DNA of 64,000 nt from Azolla caroliniana (lineage: Eukaryota; Plantae; Polypodiophyta): contig JBHGNT010000001.1 in the NCBI GenBank assembly GCA_043228905.1, positions 36,642,001 through 36,706,000 on the forward strand, in the 5' to 3' direction. Positions 26,301 to 39,300 of this stretch are shown here, one piece after another; the first letter of the stretch is position 1, and each line of letters starts with the position of its first letter. The notes under the pieces are model-generated. The model made no database searches, was not told the origin of the DNA, and saw only the letters and a list, made by a program, of their open reading frames with translations. A program made the position numbers and the translations under genes.

Positions 26301-29300
26301 CTATTCCAAAATAATAACATTGCCAATATTACACCACCAAATATAAGACCACGGGGATTTATGTAAATTTACAAATTACACTACCTTAGCATCAATCCCA
26401 TTATCTTGCAGAACGAGGCTAACGTTTTCTGCTTCCATCTGCAATGAATAATCATGCATCTCCAGTTATAATATAACCAACAAGAGACCATAGAGACATG
26501 AACAATTCTGACATAACAGGCAAGCAATAACATACTTAAGCTTACACATACAAAATCAACATTGTTCGCTATTTTATATAATTGCAAAATTTATCAATAA
26601 ATAGGGCTTCTAAGCATTACAACAGGTGATTTCTCAGGCAGATCAAATCTAGAGACAGAAAGAACTAGAAGAACATGATATACCACCTGAAAATTACAGT
26701 AAACAATAATGCTTCTTGCATCTTTGAATGGAGATGACTGAAAAAGCGAAAGAAGATCTTTGTATCTACAAAGTTCAGAAAATTAGCATAATTCTGAGAG
26801 CATAAATAAGGATCAGCAGGGGATAATCAGAAAAAAATAAAGCTTAAATTGCACCTGGTAGTACTTCGAGATGCAGTGCATAGAAGGTTTTTCCTCACAG
26901 GAGAAGTTTGTATCTTATTGGTGTGTGGAATAGAAAGTGAGTCCATAATTGTATCTATAGTTCTCTTACTTGCAGTGGCTGTCATGGCAAGTATACAATT
27001 TAAATGAAGTCTCTGTTGTAAAATAATTCCAAGCCTATAATAGGACGGTCTGAAGTTGTGAGACCTGACACAAAATAGGCAGAAAATTTTAAGAGCAGTT
27101 TTATCTGGAGAGAAAAAGAAGAGCATTTGCAAGTACAAAACAAATAGCTTACCATTCAGATAGGCAATGTGCTTCATCCACAACAGCTAAAGAAATGCAA
27201 GGTAGGCTTTGGAGTATGCACAAAAATTCTTCACACATCAAACGTTCAGGAGAAACAAATAATACCTGATCAAACACATCACAACAGGATAAAGATGAAA
27301 AGAGAACTTGGATTGAAGGATTTCAATTATGAGGCCAGAACTGACCTTCAATTCACCTGAACGTAGCCTATCTAAAATTGATGAGTACTCCCTTGAGGTC
27401 TGCATAATACAGAATAACTTTGCTCAGGAACAAAAGTGTCGAGCATTTTCCAGAAATTTTGACCATACATTCTCATGACAGTAACTGCCATACCCTTGAT
27501 GTAGTACTAATGACCTATAGCTTACTTGAAACTATCTACAAAAGAATGTGCTTGACTGTTTGCACTGTTTGCAACAATCTTCATTCATGAGCTTCCAGAG
27601 GGTTCAATTTGAACCCCACGTTGTACTTCAGGGGGGAATTTTGAGTTCAATACAAACTCAGGTTTTTTCACATGTTGCAAAAAATGCTATATATATATAT
27701 ATATATAAGTAGCTAATTATGTACAAATAATTTATGTAACATTTTTAGGATCTGTATTCAAATTTTAACATCATTGAACAACCCAATTTTCAGTATGAAA
27801 CATTACAAATTGAGCTTCAAATAATAAATTTGAGGTTAGCAAACACCTGTGTTGAGCTTAAAAAAGCTCCTGGCAGAAGTGAAGGAAGATGCTGAAGTTG
27901 ATCAATCATAACAGCAATTAAGGGGCTGACAACCAAAGTTAGGCCAGGAAGAAGAAATGCAGGTAACTGAAAATAAAAGTCATGAATCATATCAGACCAG
28001 TACAGGAAAGAAAGATTATGAAAATCTTCTCCAGTTAGAAGTAACCTGATAGCTTAATGATTTCCCAGCACCTGTGGGGAGCATAAGCATGGTAGATTCT
28101 CCTCTCAAGATTCGTTGAATTGTTTCAAGTTGACCTGGTCGAAATGATTTGAAACCGAATACAAACTTTAGAACCTTCAGAAGATTATTTTCTGTGGGAT
28201 TCTGAAAGGCTTCTGTCGCATAATCAGGAGTTGAACCATGAATGTGGTCTATTCCTGTGGCTTCATGTTTTGATTTTCTATGGGAGTTTACCAGATCATT
28301 ACCAGATTTCTCTTCTAAAGCATTCCCGTCCATGTCATAAACATTTGTATCTTCAGAACATTGTTCAAATTCATCTGCTTTCTTATCAAGATTGTTTCTG
28401 GGTTTCCTCTTATATGATTTGAATTTATAGCGTTTAAATCTCTTTGAGCTTGCATTCACAAATCTGTGTGATTTGTTGCCTCTTTTACCAATATTCAACT
28501 TCACAAAGTTCTCCCTTGTGCCTAATTTCTTCCTCATGTGAGGACCTTTTTGTACCGTATTCCAGTTTATGAATTCCACAGTGGAATTACACTTTTTAGA
28601 AGTATTTTTTGCTACTTTCTGAAGTTTATTTCTATCTATACCATTATCCTCTTCCAAAATGGCTTCAGACTTAGTGACTTCTGTTGGCTGTCTCTTTGTG
28701 GATGTCCTTTTCATTTCCCTTGGTTTACCGAAGTCAATAGGAGAGATAGATTCTTCAATTGCACGTTCAATTAAGACAGATTTCTTTCCCGAAATGGGCA
28801 GCCCTTTCGAGGATAACAGCTTCCTCAATGAAACCACTGTCATTTCTTCTAGGCATGCTTGAAGAGTAGCCTCAGGGGCGCTGTCACAAGTGTCTGAGCT
28901 TAAATTGGGATTCGCTGTACTGATGACTACAGAGAACGATCTAGTGAATACAGGACCAGGGACAGAAATGCTATTCAACATGTCATCATCTTGTTCCCTA
29001 ATCGAAGCTTCCTGCTGTATGGATTGTTTTTCTATATTGAATTCTTTTCTCTTCTCAGAGACGCTTTCATGTGTAGATTGGTCACTCAATGATATAGCAG
29101 TAACACTTAGTTGTTTAGGACAGTCAGAAGTTGCATCACTTTGCTGTTCAAAAGAAGGATTGCTTTGCAAAATGCTAGGGGTTAGACTCTCATCACCAGC
29201 ACTTTCCATGCATACAATTTGGTTTGTATTGATATCATATCTGCCTGATTCTTTTGAAAGAATGGTTCTAGTATGTGGCTTTGCTGAGTTCCTGAAAGAT

Positions 29301-30938
29301 GATACACAGTTGAGAAAAAAACCAGCAGGTATATTTTCTGCCTCAAAGTTCTCTTTGTCAACAATCTCTCCATGTCTCCGCAATTTAATCGTAAAACCAA
29401 GTTTCGATACTTGGTGGCCAAGCAAGGCCTGAGATGCAGCAGCATCATTGTCACCAGCCCTATCCACCTTTTCTTCTTGAAAAAGCTTAAGCTCTTGAGC
29501 AACATTGCCTTCTTGAAATGCATTACCCTCTGGAAAAACTTTGCTGTCTTGGAAAAAGTTTCCTTCTAGAAATGAACTGCCTTCTTGAGAAACCTTTTCT
29601 ACGATTGGTGGGCTGTTGTTAATCTCACATAGGGCAGGCCTATTATTCTTTGATGCATTTATGTTCAAGTTGCGAGCACATGTTTGTGGCTTTGTGAACT
29701 TAGATGAGATCTCATCGTTCATACATATAGATGTTTTCTTTCTTGGAGGTGTTGCTGAAATATGAGAACCTTCAGATTCGTCTGAAGATTCTCCACCATT
29801 ACTTAGACGTATTGAAGAGGGTTTATTGTTACAATAATCATACACATCTTGGAAATCTCTCTTTTTCCTTTCAGGAAAGCTTTCCTAGCAAAGTACATGA
29901 AATGCATTCCAGGATGGGCAAAATTAATAATAATGATATAATCCTAAATACGTAAATAAGATTTAGAACATGCGTAGAACTAAAACATAATATTCACCTT
30001 TTGGTTACTTTTGTTTTTCATTTGGTGCTTGAGACAGGCATACGTCCTATAACGATTATCTGAAAATGAGCGTGTATAAAAAATGAGTAAAGGACGAAGG
30101 AAATCGTAGATATTTATGACAAATCTTATAAGAAAAAGACATGATCTAGGCGCTTGTTTGATGGATATCGATGAAAATGTTAGGAAACAAAAGTTCGGGA
30201 ATACAGTTGCATACAATAAATGCAGTGAACAACAACGGTAGCTATGAGAAATTACATGAAGAAACATGGGAAAACTAAAGAAATCCTAGGTCGTCTTGAT
30301 AGGAAGACTTCCAAGCTTATTTTGATTGAGAAAATAATAGAGAAACAAATTTCAGTTGCAACTGATAAGGACTTGGCGGCACAGAGACAGACAATGTGGA
30401 CTATCTGAATTTTTTTCATGACGGGATGAAGGAAGAAAGATTTCCAAACAGATGATGAATTATTCGTGCAATAAGATAAATACAAAACTGACGTACACAG
30501 AAAGATTTGAATGAAAAAATGTATCCATCTCACAAATTAATAAATGAACCCTTGAAGTATTGATTCAATCCGAAAAAGAGAGATCTGAAACACACAGACA
30601 GAAATGGATCCAGGAATACATGGAGTTCATGAAAGCATGTAGGAAATTTGCAGAAATGATTATCTGACTACATGAGAATGATTTCAAAAAGAAAGGATAG
30701 TAAAGGATCTATGACAGCTGTGAAATCTCCGAAAGAATAGCAGTAGAGAAAACATCGAATCAACGGAGAGAGAGAGAGAGGAAGAGATACAGATGGAAGG
30801 GGAGGCTGATTTAATGTCATCTTTGGCGGGAGATCGTCCGTTCAAGCGAACAAAGCTTCGTTCCCAGTCTTTGAGCTCCTGCCTGATCTTCTTGAATGCA
30901 GACGAAGAAGAAGAGGAAGAGGAAGAAGCCATAGCCAT
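23370..30938 (-). CDS. RECQL4-type ATP-dependent DNA helicase (plant RecQ5-like) with Sld2-like N-terminus and SAP motif, about 21 exons
   Basis: ELKDWERSF..NGRSPAKDDI / YRTYACLK, NFVKLN, LPTGAGKSLSYQ, VVSPL, LFVSPER, VVDEAHCLSEWSHNFRPSY, TATA, VATVAFGLGLDK, QETGRAGRNG, ARIFHGISSP..W..NHFWGRY. Exons traced with consistent GT-AG phases. Confidence 0.92.
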
Positions 30939-31212
30939 CGCCGTAGGCACAGCCAACTCACTCTTTCTACGCTTTCTCACTCTCCTTCTCTTCTCTGCGT
31001 CGTCGTGAATTCAGTCCACATCCATATCCATCGTAACCATAGCCTTTGCCCGCAACTCTTTTTGGGCCTCGAAAACGCGGGAAAACCCAAAATACAAGTT
31101 TTGCAGAATTCCACCGTCCACGATCAAAAGAAATAATACTTTTTCAATTTTTGTATGTATTATTAGAATTAATTTACCCTAGTTCTAAGTTATCCAAACT
31201 GATTAAAGCCTT

Positions 31213-31378
31213 CAAGGGTTTGGGAACCGGTTTAACCAAGAACGATTCGGTTCGGCTTGAGCCATCTCAAACTGAGCTCAACCCGGTAAAGGAAGCTCAA
31301 GCTTGAACCGAACCGCCAAACTGTTAAAACGGTTTAACGGCTCACTTTAGGCTTGAATTGAGCGGGTGCCAACTCCTA
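31213..31378. mobile_element. Degenerate MITE-like remnant between the divergent RecQ and PPR genes
   Basis: AACCG/CGGTT motif clusters like those of the MITEs at 42.4 and 43.9 kb. Weak terminal inversion and no TSD. Confidence 0.4.
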
Positions 31379-32161
31379 GTGGGTCTCAGAGGGTTGGGTT
31401 GGATTGAGCCAAAACGGAAGCTTCTAGAGCGCCAATCGTGAAGAGGAAGTGGTCAAGTTTGATAGACGATTGTGAGGAATGAATAGAGGGACGCCAACTC
31501 CTCCTAGGTTAGATTAGATATTTTGTAGCATCCATAGAGAGGCCAACTTTTTTACTCATGGAACCTACAAAAGGGTATGTATGTATGCATTGTGCGGGTT
31601 TAATCTTAACTTGGCATGTCACCTCTATCATAAAACATTTGATCGGAGAGAAGTTGGTCGCCATGTAACTACCACTTAATTGAAACGAAGAGACAGACGA
31701 TTGTAACATGATATCATAGTGATGCGCTCGATTATCTTGGCCTTTTGAACTCCTACCTAGTAACACACACATTACACGAAGGGCTTGCAATCATTGATTG
31801 CCCCTCAAAATTGTAACCAATCTCCCAATGAGCTGAGTAGTCTTTTTACGAGCATCATGCAATCTCCCTTTGAAGAAACGATCGCAAGCAAAATCTCCCG
31901 ATTGATATATGTAAAGGTAATGCTTTCATTATATCATATTATGCTTCGGAAACCTGACCACCGTTATGGGTACACAGTTTTTACTTTTCATCCATATTGA
32001 AAGGGGTTTTTTTGCAATTATTTTTAACTTATCCAAAACGACGATGCTCTGTGTTACGCTGAGTAAACCCTGGATTCTCCAAGATCTAAGGTCTCCGTCT
32101 CACGTACTCCGGAAGATGGAAAATCATACGGAATGTTGCATGAAGTGATCTCCGCTGTAAA

Positions 32162-34864
32162 ATGGGCTTGTTAGGGAATGATTGCTTCAGAGATCCCTTC
32201 CTGCGGTGCCATAAACAGCGCATCGAGGTAAGCATATATTTGTTAAGCTTTTGAACATTACATTGCGTTTTTCTTTTTGCAATAAAGTTTCTTTCTGTTC
32301 TTTCTTTTTGTTTTCAATGGAAGACTTTCCCCGAAGAGTTAACATTTACTCAATATGATTTGTATAATATAAGAAGATTGAGAATATTTGTAAATAGCCT
32401 TGCGAGATCATCCCAAGCAAAAGATAAAGATTTCTATGTCCAGAAATACAAGAAAAAGAAGACCCAAGGGGTCTATTCCAAGGAAAAGAAACCAATCGAG
32501 GGAGAATGTTCAATTTCTATCAATGGAAATGATGAAGTTGTCGAAGAAATTAATAATCTTAGGCTTGGTGATCTTTTGGCTTTATTGAAGGCTTGTGCAA
32601 AGAGAAAAGACCTTCAGAAAGGTATCAAATTACATACCCAAATCCTCAAAAGGGGTTTATTAGGAAAGAGTGTTTATGTGGGAAGCATAATAATCAACAT
32701 GTATGCAAAATGTGGTGCACTTGAAAAAGCTCAAGAAGCATTTGATGAGTTACCCATCCGAAATGTGGTCTCTTGGACTGCCCTTATCACAGGATACGCC
32801 CAAAATGGCCATGGTGAAGAAGCATTGAAATGCTATGAAAAGATGCAACAAGATGGGTTTTCTCCTGATGCAGTAACTATCGTGTCTATCCTTAAAGCAT
32901 GTGGTATGATTGGAGAAGCCAAGAAAGGTGAAGAAATACATACAGAGATCAGGAGACAAGGTTTGCTAGATAACATATTTGTTTTCAATGCATTAATAGA
33001 TATGTATGCCAAATGTGGTAAATTGGCAAAAGCACAAGAAGTTTTTGATGAGTTTCATGTTCGAGATGTTGTCTCATGGAATGCATTGATTGGAGGATAT
33101 GCATACCATGGGCATGGTGAGGAAGCACTGACTTTGTTTGAGAGAATGAAAAATAATGGCGTCTCTCCAGATGAAGTCACCTTCGTTTGCATCTTAAATG
33201 CATGTGGTACAATAGGAGCTATCAAGAAGGGCCAACAAATACATAGAGAAATTATTGAAGAGGGTCTGCTCAAAAGAAATATATTAGTTGGAAACGCATT
33301 AGTGGATATGTATGCAAAATGTGGGGCTATTTCAAAAGCAAAAGAAGTGTTTGATGAGCTTCCCTCACAGAATGTGGTCTCCTGGACTACGCTAATTACT
33401 GGATATGTGCAGAATGGAAACACACAAGAAGCATTAAATTGCTTCCAAGAGATGTTTAGCAAGGGCATCTCTCCTAATGTAATTACATTCATTTCCATCT
33501 TAAGAGCATGTGGCAACATAAAAGCTCTAGAGAAAGGTCAAGAGATACATACTGAGATTGTGAAAATAGGTTTGCTCGGGAAAAGTAAGTTCTCTGTTGA
33601 AAAGTCACTGGTGGATATGTATGCGAAATGTGGCGCACTTGTAGAAGCACAAGAAGTATTTGATAAGCTTCCAGGTCAAGATACAAGTACTTGGAATTCA
33701 TTGATTTCAGGATATTCTCAATATGGGCATAGTGAGAGAGCATTGAACTGCTTTAAACGTATGCAATATAACGGTGTTCGTCCTGATGGAGTGACTTTTG
33801 TTTGCATCTTGAATGCTTGTGGCAACATCAGGGCTGAAGCCCAAGGCAATGCCTTGCATACGCAGATTGTGAATGAGAGATGGTTGGAGAAAGATATCAT
33901 GGTTGGTAATGCATTGGTAGATATGTATGTAAAATTTCACGCACCAACTAAGGCGCAAGCTGTATTTGATGTTATTCTGGTCCGGAATGTGGTCACTTGG
34001 ACTTCATTAATTGCAGGATATGCCCAATATGGATATGGTGAGGAGGCATTGAAATGCTATGATCTGATGCAAGAGCAGGGTATATCTCCAAATACATACA
34101 CATTTGCTTGCATACTGAAAGCATGTGGCAGCATAGGAGCAGGTTCAAAAGCTCACCATGTACATGCTGCAATCATCCATGACAAGCTCCCAGAAAAAGA
34201 TATTAGAGTTGGCACTGCATTGGTGGATATGTATGCGAAGTGTGGTGCATTAACAAAAGCTCAGGAAGTCTTCAATGAACTTCCCTTTCAAGACTCGGTC
34301 TCATGGAACTCTTTAATGAGAGGATATGCCCAGATTGGTCACAACGATATTGTCTTTGATTCATTCAAGAAAATGGTAGAACAAGGCATAAAGCCAGATC
34401 AAGTCACCTTTTCCATTGTTTTAAATGCATGTTGTCATTCAGGTCTTGTAGACAAAGGCCACATGTACTTTGACATGATGAAGATGAGTTATGGTGTAAT
34501 GCCAACTTTAGATCACTACACATGCATGATTGGTCTATATGGCCGGGCTGGGCAATTCGATAAGGCTATGGCCATGATAGAGGAGATGCCATTCCCAGGT
34601 GATTTTAGCATGTGGTGTACACTGCTGGGTGCGTGTCATAAATGGGGTAATGTACAGCTTGGAAGATTAGTCTTTGAGCATGCAATACAGTTTGATGAAA
34701 AGAACGCAGTGCCGTATATTTGTATGAATAATATTTACACTGCTGCTGGCATGCTAGAGGATGCTGAGAAAATTGAAGCCATGAGATTGGAGAAAGATGC
34801 AAACAACAATACGGGAGACTTGTGGCGGTTTTCGAATATTGAAGGCAGTAAAATATTCTTTTGA
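32162..34864 (+). CDS. PLS-class PPR protein, E-type, no DYW (exons 32162-32227 and 32324-34864)
   Basis: 834 aa ORF with six L-S-P sets plus L2-S2-E1-E2. The upstream exon MGLLGNDCFRDPFLRCHKQRIE splices in phase 0. Confidence 0.9.
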
Positions 34865-35668
34865 GGATTGATATTTATAGCATTCATTGATTTATTTTTC
34901 CAACCAAGAGTGGGTGTAGTACAACTCCCAACCCACAATCCATTGCCTTGATCCACTTTCAAATATCCAGCCCCTTTGCTATTCACTCAATCCTCCGAGT
35001 GGAGAAGGGAACAGGATTTACCCATCAAGCTATTAGTAGCTATTAAGGTCCTTCAATTGATACAAATGCATAGTTGTTGTGTATATAACGAGAAAATGGG
35101 TACTGTGACATGAGGGATATATATATACCCCCAACCCAATCTATTTAAACGATTGGTAGATAACAAGTATTCCATGAATTTCAATAAAAACATTTATGGG
35201 GCAATGGACTAAACCACCAGGCCATTCATTAATTGGTTTTTGGTCACACTACAATAAAGAGAACATTGACTTCATATACTAAATCTCCATAGTCTATGGC
35301 ATTGTCTTGACTGTTCAGGTTTGTGCATGTTCGGTAGTCTTTGAGCAATGGGCAATCCATGCACATCCAACTAACAAGACTCAGACAGAGACCGAAAACC
35401 GGCTACATCCCTCTCTGATTGACTTGGTGGGTATATTGTAGCATGTAAAAATCATCAATTTCAGAGACACAAGATTGCCACACAGCGTTACACCTGAGTA
35501 TTATCAACAGTGGATCAATTGCCTTAGCTAATTTGTGCATGAATCAACAGTCGCTCCATTATTTATTGCATGTGGGTGTTGCGTCCATTATGCCATATTT
35601 GCTGAACTTGAAATATGATACCATAAAATTCCAATTTTTAGCCTGTTTTGGTGACACTTTGTATATGT

Positions 35669-35850
35669 ATGCATTAGGTAAATCAGCCAGAATACTTCTC
35701 AGTTTTTTATTTTTTTGAAAGTTTTGCACTGTCATTGCTTCTAGTTTATCTGTTTTGATGACATTGCTTCTAGTATATATTCTTGGAATAACTTTGTATC
35801 CGTAATGCATTAGGTATATCAGCCTGAATACTTCTCAGTTTTTTATTTTC
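35669..35850. repeat. Two ~45 bp direct repeats
   Basis: TGCATTAGGTA(A/T)ATCAGCC(A/T)GAATACTTCTCAGTTTTTTATTTT at about 35670 and 35806. Confidence 0.8.
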
Positions 35851-36301
35851 AAGACCTCTTTCAATGAAATCCTAAAACACCTTTTTACTATTACAATCTA
35901 CTGCCATTGTGATACCCTATCTGGGAGGTTACATGTAGTGTTGAAATCGTGCCTTGAAATCTTTTGGTAATGCATAGAAAACCAAAGACATTTGCTGCAC
36001 ATGCAAAACCCAAAATAGACAATTGTAAGGAGAAATGGTATTTAAGACGAGTTTCTGATATGATCATATGCAATACATGTACCACAGTTCTAACTATATT
36101 TCCTTTAGATTTTCTAATTATAAAAGTGAGGATATTCTCGTTTCAGATCCACCAATGAACTCAGTCTGATGAAAAAATCAAGAAACTCCCGTTCAAATAG
36201 ATCAGTTTTTACATTTCACATAGAGATTTCTGTATATATACATTAAGAGTTTGGAAAAATTGATGAATATAAAGCACTCAGGGATATTAGAAGTGACAGG
36301 A

Positions 36302-39300
36302 TTAGTTAGAAGGGTTTGTCAGCATTCCCTTCAGACTTTTCGTGAGCCAAATCGCAGTTTCCCTTGGGGATACCTGATCTTTGCCAAAAGGCTGAAGGGC
36401 AATGTTCAGCTCATCTAGTTTTTGTTGTTGAAGTAGTTGTGCACAAAGCTCTAGAAGCCCCTCCAAAGCCTCAGCTTTTTGTTTGTATGAGTTTGTGTCT
36501 AGCCTCTTCTCACCATTAAATATGCTGGTATTGATGCTTGAGATTCCTACACGGCTACCTATTAGTATGTCTAATTCTGATCTTTGTAATGACTTCACGT
36601 TTATCTCCGATCTTTGTATCGAATCTATGTCATCAATGCAACTCTGCTGCTGAAAAAACTTACCATCTTGCTGTGTATCCATCCCAATTCTGAAAGTGCT
36701 ATGCCTTATCACATGTATCACATCATTGAATGCTGATTTAATATGCCCCGGCAATTTGTCACTTTTTGGAGCATCTACATCTTCAGTTTGAGCTTCATGT
36801 TGTGGTTCAAGGACATTTCCATTCACAGGTGAAGAAGGTTTAAATTTCATATTCTTGGCACATTGTGGTATATTTGAACTTTCTTGATGATGCTCAGCAA
36901 AACGTGAATCTTCACCTACCTTAGATAGAGACTCCTTTTTGTGAGTGTCGGTGGTGGTGTCTTCTGTAGTTTCTTTGCACTGGCAATCATCATCTGACAA
37001 AGGGAACTCAGTAATAAGATCCAGGGGGGATTTGTTCATAAACCGTATAGAGTGATCGTCTGATTTCACACTCTGCCGGAGAGTCCTTGCTTCATCACAG
37101 ATATGATCATCAACTGTGAAAGTACTGTAGTATGAGATTCCTTCTAGATTTTGCCCTTCCAAAATTTTCTCATTTGAAGGTGATGGATCATTCATAGGTG
37201 TCGTGTCATTACTTTGGGAAGAAGAGTCCTCTAAGTTTGCTGTTTCTTCCAAGCCAACTAGTTGAGAGTCCTCTAGAGCAGAGATTCTTCTAGTGATGGA
37301 AGGTTTTGCTGCTGTTGGAGCCCAGCTTCTCCTAATAAGCTTGTTAGGTTGTTTTTCAGCTGCCTGTTCGGTTGGCCATGCAGCATTGCATTCCTCTGAT
37401 CTTTGCTTGTTCTGTGGAGATGCTCGTACAGCTGGAGTCTACACACAAGAAACACTATAATTATGATTATAAGAAATCGTATGATTTACCTTTCTAGAAG
37501 AGCTTCCACATACTGCAGCCAACAAGAAATGGAATACAACCTCCTCGATAGTTATTGCGCAATAACAAACACGATGCAATAGATACACCGAGCAGAAAAA
37601 ACTGTATTTTCTAAAGCTCACAATGCAAATCTCTACACAGACCCATGTACCCAAAAACAACTGTATTTTAAAGCCTCAAAAGATTCAGCAAGATTTACTC
37701 ACTGAATGCCTCACTTGATTCGGAGGTTGGGGATGTTTTGAGACTCTGTGCTCTCTCTCATCCTTCCCATTTTTTGGTTTTGGCAATTCATTCATTGGAC
37801 TGGATATACGAGGTGGAAGTAAATACTTCTTTGATATGGTTGGATGTCCAACACCTGCCTTTTGCACTCTCTTTCTTGTATTCCTCACTATATGGTCTCC
37901 TTCCAACCGTAAACGTTGTGTCTGCAAAACAGCAGTATGTTTATTGATCTTATCCTTCCCATGATTATATCCATGCTTGTTGGTACCCGTAGAATGTCCT
38001 GGATCAGAACGTTTCTCATCCCTTTCATACACCCATTTTGACCCACTAAAGACACCAGCGTCTGTCATCTCTTCACTGTGATTTGAAGGTACAGGACCAT
38101 TACCAAATTCACACGAACCTTCAAAACTGCTTTTCCTGCCAGCATCTGAATTTTCACCTCCATCGCTACTCAGAGGAAAGCTATTCTGGTGATGATGATC
38201 ATGAACTTCTTGCTCATCTTTTAGCAACCTTCTTGAGAAATGATTAGGATAAGGGCAAATTGAACTGAAAATTGGGTTGCAAACTTGCTGGCATTTAACT
38301 ATATATGGCTGTAATTGAGGATGCTTCAGCAGCTCTGCAGCCTACAATCATAGCATATTCATGTCATTATAAAGTTATGCCAAGGAATCCTTAGATTATC
38401 CAAAAATATGTAGCACTAAGAAATCAGAATCATAAAACTCACTGTGGGTCTGTGTTCTGGATTCTTTCGCAGCATACTCTTGATTATACCCTTTCTGCAA
38501 ATTGAAGAGCATACAATCAAGCTTGCAAGACATTCTTACCTTCTTAGTGGTATATACAAATACTTACAAGCCAGATGAGTATAAACTGGGTAAATGACAA
38601 ACGGAGGACTTGTTTATTTTGTTGATAAGCCCAGTCATATCCTGAAATAGAAAATCAATCAATCTCTCTATGGTAAGATGCAATTCATAGTAACCTTATA
38701 CTTGGGTTCAAATCTCACCAATTTACTAAATACTGTGCAGAAGATAGGGGTTTGACACATGACCTTTTGGCCCCTGGTAGACAACCTTACCAACTGAGCT
38801 TAACCTGTTTGGTCTCTCTCTCTTTCTGTGGTTTACCATTTTTACCTTATCATTTCCTTTTGTTCTATCCCATAGTTCATATTAGGCTTCTGAGGATAGT
38901 AATATGTTTCTCGTGTGTACAAACTTATGGATAACCAATAGATAACCTACAAAATCTCTAAGTAGGATAATAATTAGCACGTGACATAGTCGCCAAGGGG
39001 GGTTATAATGTGACTGTATGTATCATGCGTTTACATTATTATAAACTGAAAAAACGTGAGTTCTGTCCCAAGATTGAACAGAAAAGTTGTTCCCACTTCC
39101 AGGCAGCATGAAAAGACAGGATTCTAAGAAGTTAAGAATTTTCATACACACAAGAGTATGGGGGATATTGGAATACTACAACAAGATCCATAAGCCTAAT
39201 GCCAACAGGATGGCATGTAGACATGTAAAAAATAAGCAGCACTTTCATGTGGCAAGTGGCTGGTAATCAAGGCACCATCCTAAAATGAAATAGCCACGAG

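Noticed and set aside
38743-38805. Functional tRNA gene
   Set aside because: Acceptor and anticodon stems do not pair and the B-box is degenerate.
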